Origin: an uncultured Bacteroidales bacterium
GTDB lineage: Bacteria; Bacteroidota; Bacteroidia; Bacteroidales; WCHB1-69
Length of the DNA: 64,000 bases
Reading direction: 5' to 3'
Assembly: GCA_937901925.1 (NCBI GenBank)
Contig: CALGTS010000015.1
Location: 67,239 to 131,238 of the forward strand
Below are positions 1 to 13,712 of the stretch, piece after piece. Numbering within the stretch: the first letter of the stretch is position 1; every line of letters starts with the position of its first letter. A program made the translations under genes and the position numbers. A model generated the notes under the pieces. It saw only the letters and a program-made list of their open reading frames with translations, searched no databases and was not told where the DNA came from.

Positions 1-226
1 CATCTTTCTCAATAATTTCAGGACGTACATTTTCAATTCCAAAAATTTTTGGAGCTGAAGGTCCATAAATATCTGCGTCCAACAAAGCGGTTTTATAACC
101 CTTACTTGCCAACATAATCGCTAAATTGGCGGCAACTGTAGATTTTCCTACGCCACCTTTTCCTGAAGAAACAACAACCAAATGCTTTACACCTTCAGGT
201 TTTGATTTCTGTAAAAAATTCACCAT
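1..226 (-). CDS. Mrp/ApbC-family Fe-S cluster carrier ATPase, N-terminal part (continues beyond window start)
   Basis: Hand translation of the reverse complement from ATG 226-224 gives [57 protein letters not shown]. It has the deviant Walker A KGGVGKST. An in-frame stop lies upstream at 295-293. Confidence 0.75.
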   Translation of the reverse strand, partial: MVNFLQKSKPEGVKHLVVVSSGKGGVGKSTVAANLAIMLASKGYKTALLDADIYGPSAPKIFGIENVRPEIIEKD

Positions 227-409
227 TTTACTTATATTTAACTGATAATCAATATATTTTATAATTTTATCTCCCCCCAAAAAAATTCTTTTTTAGGAAA
301 CGGCAAAGGTACTAAATTATTTTGCACATCTAATGAAAAAAATTGTCGTTCTATATGCAATTAATCAAGCGAATTTTCGTTTAATTTTATTATCAAAAAA
401 CAAGATACT

Positions 410-1294
410 ATGAAAAAGTTATTTTTATTTGGCATCATCGCATTAACAATGATTGGATTTACCTCCTGCGACAAACTTTCAGAAGACGTTTACAACTCAA
501 AATGCAAAATTGCATCTATCACTTACGATATTGCCGACTTACAAGGGAGCAATGTTACATACATTTACGAAGAGAAAGATGTAAAAACCATTCAATATCA
601 AAATGGCATCTATTTAGAGTTGGATTATAATGATAATAGAACGGTTAATAAAATTACTGAATATAATGCTGATAATACACCCACAGGCGTAGTTATGGAG
701 ATGGTTTATGATAACAAAAAGATTGTCGAAATTAGTTATTACGATAACGGAACCCTTACTCAAAAATACTCTTTTAAAAGAAATAACAATGTTATCAGCA
801 ATATCAATATCTTGATTGATATAGAACTTCTTATGGGAGATTATATGAAGAATAAAGAGGGAATTTACAATCTTGCATTCAATTCTGAAATTCCTTGGGA
901 ACAAATCTCTAAAATTGTAGAAAAATCTGATATAAAAGGTCAGATGGTTGAGATTTCGGGTGTAACTCAATTCACAGATGGTAATTTAACCTCATTCAAT
1001 ATTGAAATTCCGATGGTAGCCTCTATTCAAATGAACTACACGTATGATAACTGTAACAATCCATTCTACGGATTAAATTTTGTAGCAGCTCAATTTAACT
1101 GCTTCAACAGAAATAATATTACTTCTACAACTATAGAAATGAATAATGAATTATTAGATATGAATGTTAACACTACAATGGAATATACATATAACAACAA
1201 AAATTATCCGCTTACATTAAAACAGACTACCATTAATATGATGGATCCTCAATATAACGAAACTATTACACAAACATTTACCTACATAAAATAG
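410..1294 (+). CDS. hypothetical lipoprotein
   Basis: 294-aa ORF. The N-terminal signal peptide ends in the lipobox-like GFTSC. Asn/Tyr/Thr-rich beta-type sequence with no recognised domain. Confidence 0.7.
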   Translation: MKKLFLFGIIALTMIGFTSCDKLSEDVYNSKCKIASITYDIADLQGSNVTYIYEEKDVKTIQYQNGIYLELDYNDNRTVNKITEYNADNTPTGVVMEMVYDNKKIVEISYYDNGTLTQKYSFKRNNNVISNINILIDIELLMGDYMKNKEGIYNLAFNSEIPWEQISKIVEKSDIKGQMVEISGVTQFTDGNLTSFNIEIPMVASIQMNYTYDNCNNPFYGLNFVAAQFNCFNRNNITSTTIEMNNELLDMNVNTTMEYTYNNKNYPLTLKQTTINMMDPQYNETITQTFTYIK

Positions 1295-1317
1295 TATATG
1301 CATTATGGTATAAATAG

Positions 1318-1349
1318 AAGCTCAAGGGGAATTTCTCTTTGAGCTTTTT
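1318..1349 (+). terminator. stem-loop plus T-run after the lipoprotein gene
   Basis: AGCTCAAGG...CTTTGAGCT inverted repeat followed by TTTTT. Confidence 0.5.
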
Positions 1350-1366
1350 AATAAATTAAGAAGAAA

Positions 1367-2140
1367 ATGATTTTTTATTATTCGGGATGTGGAAATAGCA
1401 AATTTATAGCTGAGAGTCTATCTAATATATTGAAAGATAAGTTAATATTTATTCCAGAAGTAGATAGGAAACAACATTACGATTACGCATTAGAAGAGGG
1501 AGAAAGCATAGGTTTTATATTTCCCGTGTATGCGTGGGCACCACCGCAATTAGTACTCAATTTTATTCAAAAATTGAAGTTTTCAAGAACAGATGTTTAC
1601 ACTTATATGGTTGTAACTTGTGGAGATAATGTAGGAATGACCGAAAAAATCTTCGCAAAAGCAGTAAAAGAGATTGGACTTCAGTTGCAAGCTTCATTTT
1701 GCGTAATTATGCCCAACACCTATATGATTATGCGCGGCATGAACTTGGATAAGCCAAACTTGGCGCAACGAAAAGTTGACAATGCAAAACGACTTCTACC
1801 AGAAATTGCGAAAAAAATTGCACAACACGAAAAAGTTTGTAATCAACTTCCCAAAGGTATTTTTCCTTGTTTAAAAAGTTATCCCATCCGTTTGGGTTTT
1901 AATAAATCTATGACAGATAAACCTTTTCACACCACTGAACGTTGCGTTTCGTGCGGAAAATGTGTAACCGTTTGTCCTTTGCAAAATATCACACTTCAAA
2001 CTGGAAAACCACAATGGAACGGAAACTGCACCAACTGCTTGGCGTGTTACCATTTCTGTCCAGAAAATGCGATTCAATATGGAAGCATCTCGGCAGGAAA
2101 AGGACAATATTATTTTGGAAGAGAATCACATTCATTGTAA
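1367..2140 (+). CDS. flavodoxin-like / 4Fe-4S dicluster protein (EFR1-type ferredoxin)
   Basis: 257-aa ORF with two ferredoxin motifs, CVSCGKCVTVCP and CTNCLACYHFCP, in the C-terminal half after a flavodoxin-like N-terminus. Confidence 0.75.
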   Translation: MIFYYSGCGNSKFIAESLSNILKDKLIFIPEVDRKQHYDYALEEGESIGFIFPVYAWAPPQLVLNFIQKLKFSRTDVYTYMVVTCGDNVGMTEKIFAKAVKEIGLQLQASFCVIMPNTYMIMRGMNLDKPNLAQRKVDNAKRLLPEIAKKIAQHEKVCNQLPKGIFPCLKSYPIRLGFNKSMTDKPFHTTERCVSCGKCVTVCPLQNITLQTGKPQWNGNCTNCLACYHFCPENAIQYGSISAGKGQYYFGRESHSL

Positions 2141-2182
2141 TAAACATCTATTTTACGACTAAATAACTAAAATTATAAACGA

Positions 2183-4981
2183 ATGAAAAAAACTTTTTTA
2201 CTGACGGCAGCTATCTTTTTAAGTTGCTTTGCTTGGGCGCAAATGCCTATTCCTATTGACAACAACGTACGCATAGGAAGATTAGAAAACGGACTTACTT
2301 ACTATGTTCGTCACAATGAAGAGCCAAAAGGACAAGCCAATTTTTACATCGCCCAAAAGGTAGGTTCTATACTTGAAGAGGAGGAACAACGCGGTTTAGC
2401 GCACTTTTTGGAACACATGTGCTTTAATGGAACCAAACATTTTCCTGGCAATGGTGTCATCAAATATTGCGAATCTATTGGCGTAAAATTTGGTGCTGAT
2501 TTAAATGCATACACATCTATTGATGAAACTGTTTACAACATCGACAACGTCCCTGTAGCCACTGTTCCTTCTGCTGTTGACTCTTGTCTTTGGATTTTAA
2601 GAGATTGGGCTGATGGGCTATTACTTTTAGATGAAGATATTGATGACGAACGCGGTGTAATTCATGAAGAGTGGCGTAGTCGCAACAACGCGCAAATGCG
2701 TATGCTTGACAAAATTCTTCCTGAAATCTATCCTAACAACCGTTACGGAACCCGCATGCCTATTGGAGTTATGGAGGTTGTGGACTTCTTCCCTTACAAA
2801 GCTCTCCGTGATTATTATCACAAATGGTACAGACCTGATCAACAAGGCATTGTAGTTGTTGGCGATATTGATGTTGACCAAGTAGAAAATAAGATTAGAG
2901 AAATTTTCGGTACGATTGCAAAACCTGAAAATCCTGCGGAACGCTATTATATTCAAGTAGAAGACAACAAAGAACCTATCGTTTCCATTGCCAAAGATAA
3001 AGAGCAACCATACGCACTTACTTACATCTTCTGCAAACACGATGCTTATCCAGACAATGAAAAAGGCGATTTAACATACTACATCTATCAATATGCTGCC
3101 AATGTAATGCAAATTATGCTATCGCAACGCTTAGAAGAGTTAGCACAAAGTGCAACTCCACCATTTATTCAAGCCAGCATTTATGATGGAGATTTCTTCC
3201 TTTCAAAAACTAAAAAAGCGCTTTGTGGCATTGCCGTAACCAATGAAAATGATCTAACCAAAGGAATTTCAACAGTTTATCGTGAAATGTTACGCGCCGT
3301 TCGCAATGGTTTCACCGAAAGCGAATATGAACGCGCTCGCGCTGAAATCCTCACCCACATCGAATCTGCTTACAACGAACGCAACAAAGTGAAAAGCGCC
3401 AACTACTGCAAAGAGTATGTGCGTCACTTTATTGACAACGAACCTATTCCTGGTATTGAAAATGAATTTGCTCTTTCACAACAACTTATTCCAAATATTC
3501 CTCTACAAGTTATTAATCAGTATATCAATACTTTAATTTCTGATAGCAACTTGGTTGTGGCTTGTATGTTACCAGAAAAAGAGGGCGTTACCTATCCTAC
3601 TGAAGCAGAATTGAAAACGCTTTTCGCAAATGTTGCCGCTGAAAACATTGCTCCTTACCAAGATAAAGTTTCCAATGAACCACTTATTGCAAAAGCTCCT
3701 AAGGCTGGAAAAGTGAAAAAAACCGAAGAAAGCCTATTCGGATACAAAAAAATCACCCTTTCTAACGGAGTTGTGGTTTACTATAAAACGACCGACTTCA
3801 AAGCTGACCAAATCAGAATGAACGCTTTCAGTAGAGGTGGAACCAGCTTGTATCCAGAAAGTGATGCTATCAATCTAAAAGTAGCAACCGAAGTTTTCAC
3901 TCTTGGCGGTGTTTCCAACTTCAGTCAAACCGACCTTTCCAAACTTCTTGCTGGCAAAAAGGTATCGTTGTCCCCAGCTATCAACACTTACAGCGAAACC
4001 ATTGACGGCGTCACCACACCGAAAGATTTTGAAACTATGCTTCAGTTGAATTACCTCTATTTTACGGATTTGCGTACTGACCCAGAAGTTTTCAAATCTT
4101 GGCAAACCAAACAGATTGCCATACTTACCAACGCTGCTTCCAATCCTATGACAGCTTTCAGCGACACTCTTCTCAAGGAGTTCTATCCAGAAATTCCAAG
4201 ATTGAAATCTTTCACTACTGATGAGGTAGAAAAAGTTGACTATAATAGAATTATGCAAATTGCTAAAGAACGCTTTGCTAATGCTGCTGATTTCACTTTT
4301 ATCTTCACAGGAAATATTGATGAAACTACTTTTATTCCGATGATCGAACTCTATTTAGCTTCTCTTCCAGCAAAAGGAAAAGCAGAAATCTTCAAAGATT
4401 TCGGAGCTTCTCCACGAAAAGGCGTTCGTGAAAATGTATTCTCCCGCGAAATGGAAACTCCTATTGCTACCATCTTTATGAATAAATTTGGTGATGTAAC
4501 CTACAATTTAAAAAACGAACTTGCTTATAGTATTGCAGGACAAGTACTTGACATTATGATGACCGAAGAAATTCGTGAAAAAGAGGGTGGTACATACGGT
4601 GTAAGCATATCCGCTGACATTAATACATTGCCAAAAACAAGTGGCTCAATGGAAGTATTTTATCAAACCGACCCTGATAAATATGAGTATTTGAACCAAC
4701 GTATTGAAGAGATTATTGCGGGATTTGCCAAAAGTGGTCCTTCAGCAGAAAATATGGCGAAAGTAAAAGATTATATGATTAAGAAACATCAAGAAAACTT
4801 GCGCGAAAACAGTTATTTTGCTGCAGCATTAAAAACAATTCTTCTTCATAACCAAGATATGCTTACAGACTATGAAAAAATATTAGAAAGCATTACAGCT
4901 GAAGATATTCGCTTAGCAATTGACAACCTCCTAAAACAAAATAACAACGTAAAAGTTATCATGAAAGGGATACAAAAATAG
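2183..4981 (+). CDS. M16-family (insulinase/pitrilysin-like) zinc peptidase, secreted
   Basis: 932 aa with a signal peptide. Inverted zinc motif HFLEHMCFNG (HxxEH). Two-lobed M16 length. Confidence 0.9.
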   Translation: MKKTFLLTAAIFLSCFAWAQMPIPIDNNVRIGRLENGLTYYVRHNEEPKGQANFYIAQKVGSILEEEEQRGLAHFLEHMCFNGTKHFPGNGVIKYCESIGVKFGADLNAYTSIDETVYNIDNVPVATVPSAVDSCLWILRDWADGLLLLDEDIDDERGVIHEEWRSRNNAQMRMLDKILPEIYPNNRYGTRMPIGVMEVVDFFPYKALRDYYHKWYRPDQQGIVVVGDIDVDQVENKIREIFGTIAKPENPAERYYIQVEDNKEPIVSIAKDKEQPYALTYIFCKHDAYPDNEKGDLTYYIYQYAANVMQIMLSQRLEELAQSATPPFIQASIYDGDFFLSKTKKALCGIAVTNENDLTKGISTVYREMLRAVRNGFTESEYERARAEILTHIESAYNERNKVKSANYCKEYVRHFIDNEPIPGIENEFALSQQLIPNIPLQVINQYINTLISDSNLVVACMLPEKEGVTYPTEAELKTLFANVAAENIAPYQDKVSNEPLIAKAPKAGKVKKTEESLFGYKKITLSNGVVVYYKTTDFKADQIRMNAFSRGGTSLYPESDAINLKVATEVFTLGGVSNFSQTDLSKLLAGKKVSLSPAINTYSETIDGVTTPKDFETMLQLNYLYFTDLRTDPEVFKSWQTKQIAILTNAASNPMTAFSDTLLKEFYPEIPRLKSFTTDEVEKVDYNRIMQIAKERFANAADFTFIFTGNIDETTFIPMIELYLASLPAKGKAEIFKDFGASPRKGVRENVFSREMETPIATIFMNKFGDVTYNLKNELAYSIAGQVLDIMMTEEIREKEGGTYGVSISADINTLPKTSGSMEVFYQTDPDKYEYLNQRIEEIIAGFAKSGPSAENMAKVKDYMIKKHQENLRENSYFAAALKTILLHNQDMLTDYEKILESITAEDIRLAIDNLLKQNNNVKVIMKGIQK

Positions 4982-4999
4982 AAGATGAGTTTTTAGACA

Positions 5000-5029
5000 A
5001 AAAGTCGGCGTAATAGCCGACTTTTTTTA
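5000..5029 (+). terminator. rho-independent terminator
   Basis: AAAAGTCGGC-GTAATA-GCCGACTTTT hairpin followed by a T-run. Confidence 0.8.
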
Positions 5030-5137
5030 TATTACTATGCACCCAAAATCGAAATTTAAGCCAAAAGAAAGATTGATAAACCTCGGTGGTTTACATAAAA
5101 AAAGAAGGATGCACTCATTGTACATCCTCTTTTTGTT

Positions 5138-5215
5138 TGGCGGTCCGGACGAGACTCGAACTCGCGACCCCATGCGTGACAGGCATGTATTCTAACCAAA
5201 CTGAACTACCGGACC
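5138..5215 (-). tRNA. tRNA-Asp (anticodon GTC), CCA encoded
   Basis: Reverse complement is GGTCCGGTAGTTCAGTTTGGTTAGAATACATGCCTGTCACGCATGGGGTCGCGAGTTCGAGTCTCGTCCGGACCGCCA. It folds by hand into a cloverleaf with a 7-bp acceptor stem, anticodon loop CTGTCAC and T-loop TTCGAGT. Confidence 0.92.
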
Positions 5216-5426
5216 ATGCTTGTTTTTGTGAGTGCAAAAGTACAACTTTTTTCTTTCACTCAGTCAAAAAATGAAAAAATTTTTTTTCTTTTTCTTCTTC
5301 AAACAATTTATTTTGATATTTGTTTCTTTTTTAAGAGTAAAAATTACTAATAATCAAACTGTTGCAAATTACAAGAAAAATATTCGTTTTTCTATATTTC
5401 ACCTTAAAAAATCAAAATTATTAATG

Positions 5427-5434
5427 TATTTTTG
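5427..5434 (+). promoter_or_regulatory. Bacteroidota -7 promoter box (TAnnTTTG) upstream of gap
   Basis: TATTTTTG lies about 100 nt upstream of the gap ATG. Confidence 0.5.
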
Positions 5435-5529
5435 CACTCTAAAAAAAGAGTTACCTCATTTTTGGAATAAAATTTCGGAGAAATTTGAGAAAAAAAGAAA
5501 AAACATCACTTTAAATCAACCTAAAATAA

Positions 5530-6540
<1,011 letters not shown>

Positions 6541-6545
6541 TTCAA

Positions 6546-9038
6546 ATGGAAAAAGTTACATACTTTGCTGATGTACTTCTTCCTCTACCTCTGTCCACTA
6601 CCTTCACCTACCGAATTCCTGTGGAGTTAGAGGACAGAGTGTTTTTTGGTATTCGAGTTGTTGTGCCTTTCGGTCGTAATAAACTGCTTTCAGGAATCGT
6701 TTCTAAAATTCACACCCAAACGCCGCAAGTTCAAGCCAAATATATACTTGATATTTTAGATACGCAACCCATTATTACAACACAACAATTTGAACTATGG
6801 CAATGGATTGCCGATTATTACCTTTGTTCATTGGGAGAAGTGATGGCTGTTGCACTTCCCTCTGCTTTAAAACTTACAGGTGAGTCTGCCGTTACTTTAG
6901 ACGAAAAATTCAATGGAGAGATCTCATCTCTCACACCCAATGAACTTCATATTGTAGAGATTGTTAACGCACATCAACAAATTTCTCTGTCGGAAGTGAG
7001 TAGAATAGCAGGTATCGCTAAAATCTTCCCCATTATCAACTCGTTAGTAGAAAAATTTGTACTAAAAATTGTTGACGAAATTAAAGACCCTTACAAACCA
7101 AAAACTGACCACTTAATTTTCTTAAATTCTCAATATCAATCTGAAATAGAACTATTTAAAATTATTGAGTCTTTAGAAAATTTAAAAAAGAATGAAAAAC
7201 AAGTTCAATTGCTTTTGGGTTTCTTTTCTCTTCTTCAAGCAGAAAATAAAAAATACAATGAAGGAATTAAAAAAACTGATTTACTTAAAAAGGCTCAAGT
7301 TTCCGCTTCTTCATTACAAACTCTTCTTAAAAATGGAATTTTAGAAGAAAAAATTGTAAAAAATTCTCGACTTTTTGAATTTGAAGGAAACTTTCCGACA
7401 GAAACTATCCACCTAACAGAACTACAAGAGAAGAAATTTCAAGAGATTAAGAAACAATTTCAAAAGCAAAAAACTGTTCTATTACATGGTATTACGGGCA
7501 GTGGCAAGACAGAAATCTATATGAAATTAATTGAGGAAAAGCTTGCTGAAGGGAAACAGGTTTTATATCTCCTTCCCGAAATTGCTCTTACTTCTCAGAT
7601 TGTCAATCGGTTAAGGAAATTTTTCGGAAATCAAGTTGGTGTTTATCACTCTCGTTTCAATGAATTTGAACGTGTAGAGATTTGGAATCGAGTACTCAAC
7701 TTTGGAAAAGAGAGCGACAAGAAATATTCGTTAGTATTGGGAGCTCGTTCAGCACTTCTTCTTCCCTATCAAAATTTAGGATTGATTATTGTAGATGAGG
7801 AGCATGACGGTTCATATAAACAACAAGACCCAGCACCTCGCTATCACGCCCGCGACTGCGCCATCATTTTAGCAAATATTCACCACGGGAAAACGCTTTT
7901 GGGTACAGCAACACCATCGTTGGAAAGTTATCACAATGCCAAACAGGGAAAATTCGGTTTGGTACAATTGATGCAACGCTATTCTCAGAATCAATTACCA
8001 GAAATTTGGATTGAGAATTTAGTAGAAGCGCAAAGGCAAAAAAAGATGAATGGACAGCTTTCAAATTATCTCATTGACTGTATTAAAAAGGCGTTAGATA
8101 ATCAAGAGCAGGTAATTCTTTTTCAAAATCGGCGCGGTTATGCAGTGCGACAATTTTGTAACACTTGCCAAACAATGCCTACTTGTATTCATTGCGATGT
8201 TACTCTCACCTATCACAAACGATCCAATCTACTCAAGTGCCACTACTGCGGTTACGCTATTGACGTACCCCAAACTTGCCCCAATTGCGGTAGCCCCGAC
8301 ATAGAGATGAAAGGATTTGGCACAGAGAGAGTTGAAGAAACCTTGGCACTCCTATTTCCAGATGCTATAATTGACCGTATGGATATGGATACCACACGCA
8401 CTAAAAATGCTTACCAACGTATTATCAGCAATTTTGAAAATCATAAAACTGATATTCTTGTTGGTACACAAATGGTTACCAAAGGATTAGACTTTGATAA
8501 AGTGAGCGTTGTTGGAATTTTAGAGGCAGACAACCTCATCAGCTATCCCGACTTTCGATCGTTTGAAAGAGCATTCCAAATTATGTCGCAAGTAAGCGGT
8601 CGCGCAGGTAGAAAAGAGATTCCTGGTAAAGTGATTATCCAAACCTACCAACCATGGCACCCTGCACTTCGATATGTCGTTAGTAATAACTATTTAGATA
8701 TGTATTTGTCGCAAATGGAAGAGCGTAAACTTTTCCACTATCCACCACTCTATCGCCTTATTAAGATTACTGTAAAACATAATGATTTAGAGTGTGTTAA
8801 CAAAGCGTCTCAAGAATTGAAAGAGTACTTTTCACAACATTTTTCTGGAATGTTTCTGGGACCAGAATTTCCTTTAGTTTCTCGAATCCAAAATTATTAT
8901 CTAAAAGATTTCTGGTTAAAATTACCCAAAGACTCTACACTAACAGAGAAAAAAAAGAGATTGAAAGAGATTATAACACAATTTCAATCCACTTCCCCAT
9001 ACAAAAAGGTACGCATTATTCTCAATGTAGATTGCTAA
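6546..9038 (+). CDS. priA: primosomal protein N' (replication restart helicase)
   Basis: 830 aa. Walker A GITGSGKT, DEEH box VDEEHD, and the Cys-rich zinc insertion CNTCQ..CIHCD..CHYCG..CPNCGS. Confidence 0.95.
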   Translation: MEKVTYFADVLLPLPLSTTFTYRIPVELEDRVFFGIRVVVPFGRNKLLSGIVSKIHTQTPQVQAKYILDILDTQPIITTQQFELWQWIADYYLCSLGEVMAVALPSALKLTGESAVTLDEKFNGEISSLTPNELHIVEIVNAHQQISLSEVSRIAGIAKIFPIINSLVEKFVLKIVDEIKDPYKPKTDHLIFLNSQYQSEIELFKIIESLENLKKNEKQVQLLLGFFSLLQAENKKYNEGIKKTDLLKKAQVSASSLQTLLKNGILEEKIVKNSRLFEFEGNFPTETIHLTELQEKKFQEIKKQFQKQKTVLLHGITGSGKTEIYMKLIEEKLAEGKQVLYLLPEIALTSQIVNRLRKFFGNQVGVYHSRFNEFERVEIWNRVLNFGKESDKKYSLVLGARSALLLPYQNLGLIIVDEEHDGSYKQQDPAPRYHARDCAIILANIHHGKTLLGTATPSLESYHNAKQGKFGLVQLMQRYSQNQLPEIWIENLVEAQRQKKMNGQLSNYLIDCIKKALDNQEQVILFQNRRGYAVRQFCNTCQTMPTCIHCDVTLTYHKRSNLLKCHYCGYAIDVPQTCPNCGSPDIEMKGFGTERVEETLALLFPDAIIDRMDMDTTRTKNAYQRIISNFENHKTDILVGTQMVTKGLDFDKVSVVGILEADNLISYPDFRSFERAFQIMSQVSGRAGRKEIPGKVIIQTYQPWHPALRYVVSNNYLDMYLSQMEERKLFHYPPLYRLIKITVKHNDLECVNKASQELKEYFSQHFSGMFLGPEFPLVSRIQNYYLKDFWLKLPKDSTLTEKKKRLKEIITQFQSTSPYKKVRIILNVDC

Positions 9039-9138
9039 GATCATGTTTTCGTGCAAATTTTCTTATTAATGAAAATTTGAAATAATGATTCGCAAAAACT
9101 CACCTAATTCTATTTACAATTTATCAGAAGATAACATT

Positions 9139-9714
9139 TTATCTATATGAGTCAATATCTTTCAAATCATTCAAAATATCAATATTATAAATAGCTCCTA
9201 TCATTGCAACACCGCCAAAATTTAAACTTTTCAAATACAATATTTTATCAAAAGTTACTCCACCTAAGGCAATAACCTTTTTATCGATTATACCCTCTTT
9301 TGATGCTTTTTGTAATTCCTCTTTACCAAAGCCTGATTTATACCCTATCTTAGAAATGCTATCGAAAATAGGGCTCAAAAATAGATAATCGTAATCATTT
9401 TTGTACTTTACAATTTCATCAAACGTATGGCACGAACGAGTTTTTAATCCACTATACTCTCTTGGCAAGGTGGTTACGTTACGGTTTATATGGATCCCTT
9501 TCAAAGAGAACTCAAAATACAGTTCTGGATAGTTGTGAATAATAATCTTTGATCGTTGCTCTACCGTTAATTTTGCTAACAAATTACGACACTTACTAAT
9601 ATCCGAATCTGGTTTTCGCAAGTGAATGATGTCGATGCCTCTATCAAGCAAAGACGTAATGATAGAAGCATCTTCATCAATAACCTTTGGTGTTGTTATC
9701 GCAATGATTTTCAT
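9139..9714 (-). CDS. ThiE/TenI-family protein (second thiamine-phosphate synthase paralog)
   Basis: 191 aa TIM-barrel-like sequence. C-terminal GGV..GGVAMIGAI phosphate-binding motifs. Last gene of the thi operon. Confidence 0.7.
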   Translation of the reverse strand: MKIIAITTPKVIDEDASIITSLLDRGIDIIHLRKPDSDISKCRNLLAKLTVEQRSKIIIHNYPELYFEFSLKGIHINRNVTTLPREYSGLKTRSCHTFDEIVKYKNDYDYLFLSPIFDSISKIGYKSGFGKEELQKASKEGIIDKKVIALGGVTFDKILYLKSLNFGGVAMIGAIYNIDILNDLKDIDSYR

Positions 9715-10484
9715 TACTTTAACTTCTCAATTATAAGATTAGCAACCTTTTTTCCCGACAGAAGCATACCTCCGAAAATAGGGCCCATACGAGGTGTACC
9801 GCTAACAGCTGATGCTGCCATACCGCAGACATAAAGTCCCGGATAAATCTCTTTCGTTCCATTCACGACCTCATTTTCGCCTGCGACTACGTCTAACGAG
9901 CGCTCGCCAATAACATCGCCAGTATCCGTAGCGAGACGTATTCCATTCTTGCGTGCTACTGTTTTGCACATTTCGCTGTCGTGACCGGTACCATCAACAA
10001 CACACTTTGCCATAATATTGAGTGGATCGACATGAAGTCCTTCTCTTAATACTGGAGTCCAATTGACGACAACGCCGCTTACCTTATTATCTTTAAATAC
10101 AACATCTTCAACAGAATAACAGTTAAAAATTGTTGCGCCAGCATGCACTGCCTTGTACAAAAGCGCAGATGTACTTTCGACAGAATCCATGACAAACAAA
10201 TCGTCGTTGTAATGTTCGTAGTTGATGTCAAATTCTTTGATAATGTCTAGGGCTTCTTTTTGCACTACAATCTGATTAAACATCATCGCTCCTCCCCACA
10301 TACCTCCGCCAGGAGATAATTTTCTGTCGAACAAAGCAACACTCTTACCTGCTTTAGCGAGATAATATGCTGCTACAATACCTGAAGGGCCGCCACCGAC
10401 AATAGCGACATCTAATTCCAAATTCTTTTCTAACTTGTGAAAATAGGTACTAATAATTCCCTGTGATACTTTTTTCTCTACCAT
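9714..10484 (-). CDS. thi4: THI4-type thiazole synthase (ADP-thiazole synthase)
   Basis: 256 aa. FAD/NAD fold motif VAIVGGGPSG, then VVDGTGHD and PRMGPIFGGMLLSG, which are characteristic of the Thi4/THI1 family. Confidence 0.88.
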   Translation of the reverse strand: MVEKKVSQGIISTYFHKLEKNLELDVAIVGGGPSGIVAAYYLAKAGKSVALFDRKLSPGGGMWGGAMMFNQIVVQKEALDIIKEFDINYEHYNDDLFVMDSVESTSALLYKAVHAGATIFNCYSVEDVVFKDNKVSGVVVNWTPVLREGLHVDPLNIMAKCVVDGTGHDSEMCKTVARKNGIRLATDTGDVIGERSLDVVAGENEVVNGTKEIYPGLYVCGMAASAVSGTPRMGPIFGGMLLSGKKVANLIIEKLK

Positions 10485-10516
10485 TGTTTAAAGTTTTATG
10501 TAAATTGTTATTTTTA

Positions 10517-12106
<1,590 letters not shown>

Positions 12107-12176
12107 TTACTAGTTAATATGTTATGATTTATACCCAATATCATGGGACACTCCTTGCGTGATGTCTCCATGGAAA

Positions 12177-12839
12177 TCACTTCAATATTTTTACAATATC
12201 TTTCATTTCTTCTATCGGATTTTCTGCTCTTAAGACATTTCCACTCAATGCTATGCCATCGAAACCTATCTTTAAGATATCAGGAATATCATCTTTACCA
12301 ATTCCACCTATTGCCACAAGAGGAATATCGATATTGTTTCTCTTCATATTGCTGATGATATTTTTATATCCCTCTAGACCCAATATTGGAGCGAGATTTT
12401 TCTTTGTAGATGTATAGCGGAATGGGCCACAACCAAAGTAGTTAACCATTGGTTGCTGACCTAAAACTATTGACTCATAGCTATTGGTTATTCTCAATAT
12501 ATCTTCAAAACAATTCACTGTTCCTCCGATGATAAAGCCGTTACCTAGAATTCTGCGTGCTTCAGATATCGGCATATCGTTTTTGCCGAGATGTACGCCA
12601 TCAGCCTTTATTTTCTTTACAAGATGAACATTATCATCGATGATAAATGTAGCTCCGTAATCTTTGCACATCTTCTGTATTATCAATGCATGATGCTCTA
12701 ATGTTGCTTCGGGAACATCTTTCATTCGAAGTTGTATCCATCGACAACCGCCCTCTAATGCAACACGCGCAGAATCGATATAGGAATATTTGTCGGTAAA
12801 GTGTGTTATAAATTGAAGTTTTAGGTTACTTACTCTCAT
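12177..12839 (-). CDS. thiE: thiamine-phosphate synthase
   Basis: 220 aa. Contains IQLRMKD and the VAIGGI..G..GIALSG motifs. Overlaps the end of thiD by 14 nt. Confidence 0.85.
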   Translation of the reverse strand: MRVSNLKLQFITHFTDKYSYIDSARVALEGGCRWIQLRMKDVPEATLEHHALIIQKMCKDYGATFIIDDNVHLVKKIKADGVHLGKNDMPISEARRILGNGFIIGGTVNCFEDILRITNSYESIVLGQQPMVNYFGCGPFRYTSTKKNLAPILGLEGYKNIISNMKRNNIDIPLVAIGGIGKDDIPDILKIGFDGIALSGNVLRAENPIEEMKDIVKILK

Positions 12840-13659
12840 TGATTAACATTTTTTGTGGATTAAAATTATGATTGACGGGCCCAAAACCATTACCAATAGA
12901 CTGATTTGCACCTGCATAAATTGCTTGTTCTATATATCTTTTAGCTGACTTTGCTGCGGTTGTCAACTCTTCTCCTTTTGCAAGAGCAGCAGCAAATGCT
13001 GACGACAAAGTGCATCCTGTGCCGTGCGTATTTCTTGTCTGCACACGCTTAGAGGGCAATTTTGTCATAGTTTCATTTTCTGCATTGTAGAAATAATCCA
13101 CAAGACACTCTCCATCGAGATGACCCGCTTTTAAAAGTACTGACACATTCCCATTATCCGACAACTTGCGAGCAACTTTATCAAAGTCCTGCTCACCTGA
13201 TATTAAGCAATCAGCAAGAATCTCTGCTTCTGGAATATTTGGGGTAATTACTCGAGTTAGTGAGATTAACCTACTTTTAATTGCTTCTATTGCATCTTCC
13301 TCTATTAGCTTATGTCCAGAAGTTGAAACCATAACTGGATCAAGTACAACATTAGTAATGTTATATTTCTCTATCGTATCTGCAATGATATTGACAGCCT
13401 CAGAAGAGTGAAGCATACCGATTTTTATTGCATCTGCACCGATGTCTAAAAGGACAGCATCAATTTGACCTTTCAATATTTCCAATGGAATAGGATGAAC
13501 TGCTTGAACGCCTAAGGTATTCTGTACTGTTATGGCAGTTATTGCTGATGCAGCATAGCAGCCCATAGCGCTGATCGTTTTTATATCTGCTTGAATACCT
13601 GCGCCTCCGCCAGAATCACTACCCGCAATTGTAAGCACTCTATAATATCTTTTTGTCAT
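12826..13659 (-). CDS. thiD: hydroxymethylpyrimidine/phosphomethylpyrimidine kinase
   Basis: 277 aa. Contains IAGSDSGGGAGIQADIKT and NTHGTGCTLSSA motifs. Confidence 0.95.
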   Translation of the reverse strand: MTKRYYRVLTIAGSDSGGGAGIQADIKTISAMGCYAASAITAITVQNTLGVQAVHPIPLEILKGQIDAVLLDIGADAIKIGMLHSSEAVNIIADTIEKYNITNVVLDPVMVSTSGHKLIEEDAIEAIKSRLISLTRVITPNIPEAEILADCLISGEQDFDKVARKLSDNGNVSVLLKAGHLDGECLVDYFYNAENETMTKLPSKRVQTRNTHGTGCTLSSAFAAALAKGEELTTAAKSAKRYIEQAIYAGANQSIGNGFGPVNHNFNPQKMLINESK

Positions 13660-13712
13660 AGCTTTTAGGAATATTTATATCTGATAAATTCATATTCACA
13701 ATGACTCCCACT